Shown here piece by piece: positions 58,491 through 64,000 of a stretch of 64,000 nt of DNA (within the stretch, counting starts at the first letter, position 1; the number at the start of each line of letters is the position of its first letter). A program made the translations under genes and the position numbers. Source of the stretch: Candidatus Rifleibacteriota bacterium (GTDB taxonomy: Bacteria; Muiribacteriota; Ozemobacteria; Ozemobacterales; Ozemobacteraceae); NCBI GenBank assembly GCA_024710355.1, contig JANJUX010000051.1, positions 16,746 to 80,745 on the forward strand, written 5' to 3'. The notes under the pieces are model-generated. The model saw nothing but the letters and a program-made list of their open reading frames with translations. It had not been told where the DNA came from and did not search any database.

Positions 58491-60392
58491 ATGAACAAGA
58501 TGAAAATGAGCATTGCGATCAAGCTTGATCTGCTGCTGGCCTGTCTCTGGGTCGCGGTTTATCTTGCTGCAGTGTTTTTTGATCTGCCTGTCAGCCCCCT
58601 GGTATTCATGGTGGCGGGTGTCGGCACTGTTCTTTTTGTTCACCTGAGCATTACCCGCAAGGTCCTGACGCCACTGCAGAAATTTATTGAAATTGCCGAC
58701 AAAGTCGCCGACGGTGATGTTAACGAGGGTCTTGAAGACCTCCGTCTCAGCGATCTCGAAGAGGTTCAGGGCTCATTCACCAAAATTGTCGGCAGCATGA
58801 TCGAATCGCGCGTGGCGATTGAAGATTACATGCGGACAATCAGCGAAATCAACAAAGAGCTCGAACAGAAGGTTGATTCGCTTTCTGCTCTGTATTACGG
58901 CAGCCAGGCCATGGGTGGCAGTCTCAACGTCGACACCCTGGTTCGCAATTTTATCACTATTTTTACTGACCGTCTGACGGTTAATGGCGCCGGTGTGATG
59001 CTTTATAACGAAAAGACAGACCTGGTTTCTGTAAAAGACCTGATCGGCATTTCACCCGAACTGTTCGCCAAATTCAGATTTTATTCAGACAACCAGATTC
59101 TTGCCCGGATATTTTCTGACGATGGCTACTGGCGTCCGACCGAGCAGGAAATCAATCTGCTGGTTGCGGAATTCGAGTCAGACGAAATGCGCCGTATAAA
59201 ACTGATGTTTCCGATGCGCATCAAAGACCACTTTGTTGGTCTGCTGCTTCTGACCGATAAGAAAAATGGCGCACAGTTTGCCAGCGGTGACTTTCAGCTG
59301 ATTCAGGCGATTGTCGGTCTCGCAAGTACCTCAATCAATAACGCCATGCTGTTCGAAAATTCTGAGACCACCAAGAATGAGCTTGACCACAAGGTTTTCA
59401 ACCTGATGACTCTGCAGCAGTCGAGCAAGGTTCTCAGCTCGACTCTTGATCTTAATGAATTGATAAATATTTCAATCGATATGTTTCTCGAAACCGTCTG
59501 GGCGAACAAAGGGGTTCTGATGCTTTTCTCTGAAGAGCGGCCCGAGCTCGAGGTTAAGGCTTTCAAGGGCATGTCGAAGGCTGACGTCGATGCACTCAAG
59601 AAAGATCCGGCCGAAGCCTGGGCAATGACCACGATCGAAAAAGAGAAAAAACCGATTTTTTCTCAGGAAATATCGGGGCGCAGTTATCAGGCTTACACGA
59701 CCGTTAATCGAGAACTGCCATTTGCCGTTTATGTGCCGATGCTTAAAGAGGGCGAACTTTATGGTGTCGTGAAAGTCGGGGCCAAGATCAATGGCCAGAC
59801 TTTCTCCGAAAACGATCTCGAATTTTTTGCCACCCTGGCGTCGCAGGCCGTCATTGCCTTCGAAAATGCCCGCCTCTATTCGCTGGCGATTACCGACTCG
59901 ATCACCAAGCTTTATGTGCACCGGTATTTTCAGATGCGCCTCGACGAAGAAGTCGCGAGAAGCCGCCGCTACAACTCGACCATTTCTCTGCTCATGTGCG
60001 ATATCGATCATTTCAAACCCATAAATGATAACTACGGCCACCAGCAGGGCGACGCCATCCTCAAGGAAGTCAGCAAAATTCTGCGCAAAAATGTTCGTAA
60101 TACTGACATTGCTGCCCGCTACGGCGGCGAAGAGTTTGCAATCATTCTTCCTGAGACGACTCAGGCCGATGCCAAGATTGTTGCTGAGCGCATTCGCCGT
60201 GACGTGGCCCACTTCGATTTTCCGTCGATTATTCCCGGTCAGCCTTCGGTTAAGTGCTCGATATCGATCGGCGTGGCCGGCTTTCCCCTGAATGCCGACA
60301 GCAAGGATCAGCTGATCCAGAAGGCCGACAGCGCTCTCTACAAAGCCAAGGGCAGCGGCCGCAATAAAGTCGTTCTCTGTGGTATTGACTGA
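58491..60392 (+). CDS. Diguanylate cyclase TM-HAMP-GAF-GAF-GGDEF
   Basis: Two TM helices, HAMP, two GAF domains, DIDHFK, RNTD I-site, GGEEF. Confidence 0.93.
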   Translation: MNKMKMSIAIKLDLLLACLWVAVYLAAVFFDLPVSPLVFMVAGVGTVLFVHLSITRKVLTPLQKFIEIADKVADGDVNEGLEDLRLSDLEEVQGSFTKIVGSMIESRVAIEDYMRTISEINKELEQKVDSLSALYYGSQAMGGSLNVDTLVRNFITIFTDRLTVNGAGVMLYNEKTDLVSVKDLIGISPELFAKFRFYSDNQILARIFSDDGYWRPTEQEINLLVAEFESDEMRRIKLMFPMRIKDHFVGLLLLTDKKNGAQFASGDFQLIQAIVGLASTSINNAMLFENSETTKNELDHKVFNLMTLQQSSKVLSSTLDLNELINISIDMFLETVWANKGVLMLFSEERPELEVKAFKGMSKADVDALKKDPAEAWAMTTIEKEKKPIFSQEISGRSYQAYTTVNRELPFAVYVPMLKEGELYGVVKVGAKINGQTFSENDLEFFATLASQAVIAFENARLYSLAITDSITKLYVHRYFQMRLDEEVARSRRYNSTISLLMCDIDHFKPINDNYGHQQGDAILKEVSKILRKNVRNTDIAARYGGEEFAIILPETTQADAKIVAERIRRDVAHFDFPSIIPGQPSVKCSISIGVAGFPLNADSKDQLIQKADSALYKAKGSGRNKVVLCGID

Positions 60393-60835
60393 TGCCGGTA
60401 AAAATAGACAATCATAAAATCGATACCCGGGCGGGCGCCAGTCGCCCGACCACTGCCGGGGCGACTCAGGGCAGCGAATTCAAAGGGGTTCTCAAGGAAG
60501 TGCGCCTCGAAACCTTCAATGGCAGTATGCGCGAGCTCATCGACCAGGTAAAATCCCGTGGCGAGCGATTTCTCAAAAGTCCCGAAGAAGGTCTGTTGAA
60601 TTCTTATAAAGAGTCGGTTAAGCTGTTTCTCAAGAAGCTGAAAGAAGAGTTTCTTTCGCTTAAAGAAGAGTTCGGGGCCAAAAAAGATGGCGAACAGAAG
60701 GTTTACCAGACCGTAAGTGTTGCCGAAGGCGAAGTCTCTGCTCTGACTCGTGAAGCCCTGAACGAAGGGAAGGCGATCGAGCTTCTTGCCAGTCTCGATG
60801 ATATTCGTGGCCTGGTTCTCGACGTGATAGGTTAA
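60392..60835 (+). CDS. yaaR: YaaR / DUF327 family protein
   Basis: YKESVK.FL and DDIRGLVLD motifs; located downstream of tmk. Confidence 0.8.
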   Translation: MPVKIDNHKIDTRAGASRPTTAGATQGSEFKGVLKEVRLETFNGSMRELIDQVKSRGERFLKSPEEGLLNSYKESVKLFLKKLKEEFLSLKEEFGAKKDGEQKVYQTVSVAEGEVSALTREALNEGKAIELLASLDDIRGLVLDVIG

Positions 60836-60838
60836 AAA

Positions 60839-61711
60839 ATGGAACAGACAACACCTCTTCAGCTGATTATCATTACCGGGCTCTCAGGAGCCGGCAAGTC
60901 GACCGCGTCGCACTTTTTCGAAGACTCGGGCTATTTCTGCATGGATAACGTTCCGCCGGCCCTGCTGCCAAAATTCATTCAAATCTGCCTTGAATCGAAT
61001 GGTAGACTGACCAAGATCGCGGTTGTCATTGACGCAAGGGGCGGCAGCTTTTTCCGCAAGCTTTTCGAGGCCATCGACGAAGTCAAAAAGATGAACGTCG
61101 AAGTTCGCATTCTTTACCTCGAATCCTCTGAAGATTCTCTGGTGCGTCGCTTCTCTGAAACCAGGCGCAAACACCCGCTCAATCGTGGCGGCCGGGTTAT
61201 CGACGATATTCGCGAAGAACGTTCGCTTCTCGAAACTACCCGCGAAAAAGCCGATTTTATTATCGATACCACCAGCATCAACGGCCGCGAACTCCAGGAA
61301 GAAATCCGCAAGTTTTCGCACGGCTTTGTCGGGCCGCGTGCCATGTCGGTGGTTTTCGTCAGCTTTGGTTTCAAACATGGCGTGCCGCTTGACTGCGATC
61401 TGGTTTTCGATGTCAGATTTCTGCCGAATCCCTTTTATATCGCCAGTCTCAAGACCTTAACCGGTGTTCATAAAGAGGTTTATGATTATGTTTTCTCCTC
61501 TGACACAGCCAAACAGTATGCGCAGAAACTGAAAGATTTTATCGAATTTCAGATTCCGCTTTTTATCAGCGAACCCAAGACACGGCTGCAGATCGGCATC
61601 GGCTGTACCGGTGGCCGGCATCGCTCGGTCGCTTTCGCCGAGTATCTGTTCAAAGAAATCGCTAACGAACGTATTTCCACTTCAAAGATTCACCGCGATC
61701 TGAACCTGTAA
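60839..61711 (+). CDS. rapZ: RNase adapter RapZ (YvcJ/YhbJ)
   Basis: TGLSGAGKS, DNVPP, RRFSETRRKHP, SFGFKHG, DVRFLPNP, GCTGGRHRSV. Confidence 0.96.
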   Translation: MEQTTPLQLIIITGLSGAGKSTASHFFEDSGYFCMDNVPPALLPKFIQICLESNGRLTKIAVVIDARGGSFFRKLFEAIDEVKKMNVEVRILYLESSEDSLVRRFSETRRKHPLNRGGRVIDDIREERSLLETTREKADFIIDTTSINGRELQEEIRKFSHGFVGPRAMSVVFVSFGFKHGVPLDCDLVFDVRFLPNPFYIASLKTLTGVHKEVYDYVFSSDTAKQYAQKLKDFIEFQIPLFISEPKTRLQIGIGCTGGRHRSVAFAEYLFKEIANERISTSKIHRDLNL

Positions 61712-61793
61712 AATCCGGGATTTGTTGACAATTCTCGTTGTACCCCTTACCCTGTCGAAAAACATAGACTTACAAGGCAAGGGCGTAAGAATC

Positions 61794-63629
61794 ATGCGAC
61801 ATTTTCTGGTAACCCTGGTTGTTCTTTTCAGCTTTTTGACTCTTTCTGCAGATGCCGGTATTTTTTCGGATGTTCCTTCGGGGCATCCGGCCCTGGCGTC
61901 TATCGAAACTCTCTCTGAAAGAGGCATCATTACGGGCTTGAATGACAAAACATTCGCCGGTGGTCGCGGCGTTACCCGTTACGAGCTTGCCATGGCGGTT
62001 TTCAGAGCTATGGCCAGACTTGAAGAGCAGATTTCGGCCGATTGCCCGGCGGTTTCTGATGAAGACCTCTATCGTATCGATTACCTGAAGAACGAATTTG
62101 CCGATGAACTCGGTCTGCTCGGGTTGAGGGTCGAGCTTGCTCAGAATCGCAAAGAGCTTTTGCGCGAAGAAATTGACCGCCTCAGAGCCGACATCAGAAC
62201 AACAGAAAAAGCAGTCAAAAATACCGGTGAAAAAGTGAAGATGACGGGTGAATGGATGACCCGCCATACCTGGAAAACTCACCGCGAAGATCATGCCAGA
62301 AGCGCTTTTGGCGTTGCAAGACCCGGTAACAGCAATAACAGTCTGACCGAATCGCAGATCCGCCTGAGAATGACAGCCAAAGTCGACGAAAATATTACCA
62401 TGTTTACCCGATTTCGCCTTTTCAACCGTGGCAGTGATGTCGTTACTGCCATGCCCTCTGCTCGTGGTGGCGCATTTGGTACTGGCGGAATCGGTGCTCA
62501 GACTACCGGTGATATGCAGGTTGATAATGCCTTTCTTGAAGTTAAAAAGGTGTTTCATGAAGATGACTGGTTTCTTATCGGTAGAAGCACTTTGCAGACT
62601 GGTCATGGCCTGCTGTTGAACGCAGATTTAGACGCAATTCGTTACGATCGCCTCTATAACAATGATACTTACATGGCTCAGTATATTTTTGACCGGCACA
62701 AGGGCTCTTATAAAGATGATGGCCGGGTCGATTTCCGTGGGGTTGCCAATCTCGGGTTTTCCAGAAAGCTTCAATTCAGCAGTTATTACGCCAATGTGTT
62801 TGCCCAGGACAACCCCGATACTCTTAATAAAAGAACCGCCAATGCTGTGAAACATGGCACTGGCGCCAGAGAGATGCGCCGCGACCGTCGCCGCGACCTC
62901 GAAATCGGTTATACCGGTAAATTTGGTAAAAACCGTCGTTTTACCGCTGATGTGGCTGTGGCACTCACTGACTATCGGGCCAGCATCGGCAAAGTGACTG
63001 CAGCCGACCTGGATGTTGATCTAAAGGGCATGGCCGGGCACACTGCGCTCGCCTGGAAGGCAACGCAGGCCCTTTCCGCAAAACTTGCCTATAATTGGGG
63101 CGATGACCGGTTTGCCGGCGGCTACTCGCTCAGCCTTGACCGGAGATATTCTGATTCCCCTGAGACAAACATAGAGGATCTTGCAAGAGGCAATAACTGG
63201 TTTCGCAATGGTCTGATCAACATGGGAGATCTGAAAGCCCAGGTAGAGTATCACCCGGCGGGTAAACACTATTTCAGGCTGGCCGCCGATTTTCTGCGCG
63301 AGCTTAAGGATAGGGTAGGTAATGATCTCAGCCATTATCAGGCTAAAAATTACGACGGCATTGTGCCGGTCGGCTTTGTGGTCGCCAATTCGGCTTATGA
63401 CAATTTTAACAATATCGGCATTGCTGACCCGTCGCTGCGGCTGATTACCTTTGAATACCGCTACAAACTGACTAAGAATACCCGCCTGCGCGTTGGTGCG
63501 GTTAGGTGTGATTTCAGCGGCGATGCTTTCAAAAGTGTCGGTGGTGCCAGACCTGTGGCTGCAGGCCGCGGCTTCAGGGGCGACTATGATTATCAGATGG
63601 TCTGGGCCGAGGTTTTTGGCAGATTTTGA
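61794..63629 (+). CDS. SLH, coiled-coil and beta-barrel outer-membrane protein (OmpM/SlpA-like)
   Basis: Signal peptide; FSDVP..H.A...GII.G...F.G...TRYE.A (SLH); EF.DEL..LG.RV coiled coil; beta-rich C-terminus ending in F. Confidence 0.8.
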   Translation: MRHFLVTLVVLFSFLTLSADAGIFSDVPSGHPALASIETLSERGIITGLNDKTFAGGRGVTRYELAMAVFRAMARLEEQISADCPAVSDEDLYRIDYLKNEFADELGLLGLRVELAQNRKELLREEIDRLRADIRTTEKAVKNTGEKVKMTGEWMTRHTWKTHREDHARSAFGVARPGNSNNSLTESQIRLRMTAKVDENITMFTRFRLFNRGSDVVTAMPSARGGAFGTGGIGAQTTGDMQVDNAFLEVKKVFHEDDWFLIGRSTLQTGHGLLLNADLDAIRYDRLYNNDTYMAQYIFDRHKGSYKDDGRVDFRGVANLGFSRKLQFSSYYANVFAQDNPDTLNKRTANAVKHGTGAREMRRDRRRDLEIGYTGKFGKNRRFTADVAVALTDYRASIGKVTAADLDVDLKGMAGHTALAWKATQALSAKLAYNWGDDRFAGGYSLSLDRRYSDSPETNIEDLARGNNWFRNGLINMGDLKAQVEYHPAGKHYFRLAADFLRELKDRVGNDLSHYQAKNYDGIVPVGFVVANSAYDNFNNIGIADPSLRLITFEYRYKLTKNTRLRVGAVRCDFSGDAFKSVGGARPVAAGRGFRGDYDYQMVWAEVFGRF

Positions 63630-63720
63630 GTTGCAGGCTGTAAAAAATAAATTTCTTTCATAAATAATCGCAAATGTTTTGTCGAGAAGGGCTTGGCAAC
63701 AATTTGGCAGGGTTCTTTGA

Positions 63721-63769
63721 AAAATAATAAAAATTTTTGCTTGACAATCGTCAAGCTCAAACCTATTAT
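63721..63769 (+). promoter_or_regulatory. Strong sigma70-type promoter with UP element
   Basis: AT-rich tract, then TTGACA (63741), 17 nt, TATTAT (63764). Confidence 0.75.
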
Positions 63770-64000
63770 CTCGGTTTAAGGATTTTGGCAAAAGTGTTTG
63801 ACAGGTGTCAAAAGGAAGGGGGTGTCACTCTTAATAGGTAGCCTGCCCGATGCGCCGAAATCTCAGGGGTGTTAATCACCCGGGGGGAAATAAAGGTAGA
63901 TAAGGATCGACGAAGGATAAGAGAACCGAATACATCGAAGGAAACAAGGACACTTGATGAAAGCGGTTATCAGAGGCCAGAGAAGATCCGAAGACCATAA

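Overview
Gene-dense bacterial chromosome segment. LptF/G, SLH-beta-barrel and C-terminal-Phe barrel proteins together with spoVG and yaaR suggest a diderm, Terrabacteria-like organism (inference only). Left end: the 5' 4.6 kb of a type I PKS (KS-AT-DH-cMT) on the minus strand, which the ORF track misses because it runs off the window; a divergent ~1650-aa repeat-rich lipoprotein; and a three-gene two-component cassette. Middle: HEAT/TPR and DNRLRE proteins, scramblase-like, M55 peptidase and YitT genes, an unannotated 44-aa zinc-ribbon gene, and a c-di-GMP-rich block (output-less Cache-like sensor, two TPR proteins, CHASE2-GAF-GGDEF, sigma54 activator, degenerate YmdB, GAF-HD-GYP with an SQPYPP-repeat tail). 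A complete class IIC group II intron (34065-35963) sits directly behind a rho-independent terminator. Right half: housekeeping and envelope genes (CapD-like dehydratase, radical SAM, prs, short glmU, tRNA-Gln, spoVG, lipoate ligase family, lptF/G, argS, RsbW/RsbV-like pair, tmk, GGDEF, yaaR, rapZ, OmpM-like SLH porin), ending in a strong promoter that may lead into an rRNA operon. No CRISPR array, DGR or IS element was found. The best leads are the degenerate YmdB plus HD-GYP pair, a candidate anti-SD sRNA, the J-like/TPR/cold-shock protein, the PKS with an altered MT site, and a DGC occupying the darA position of the tmk-yaaR locus.
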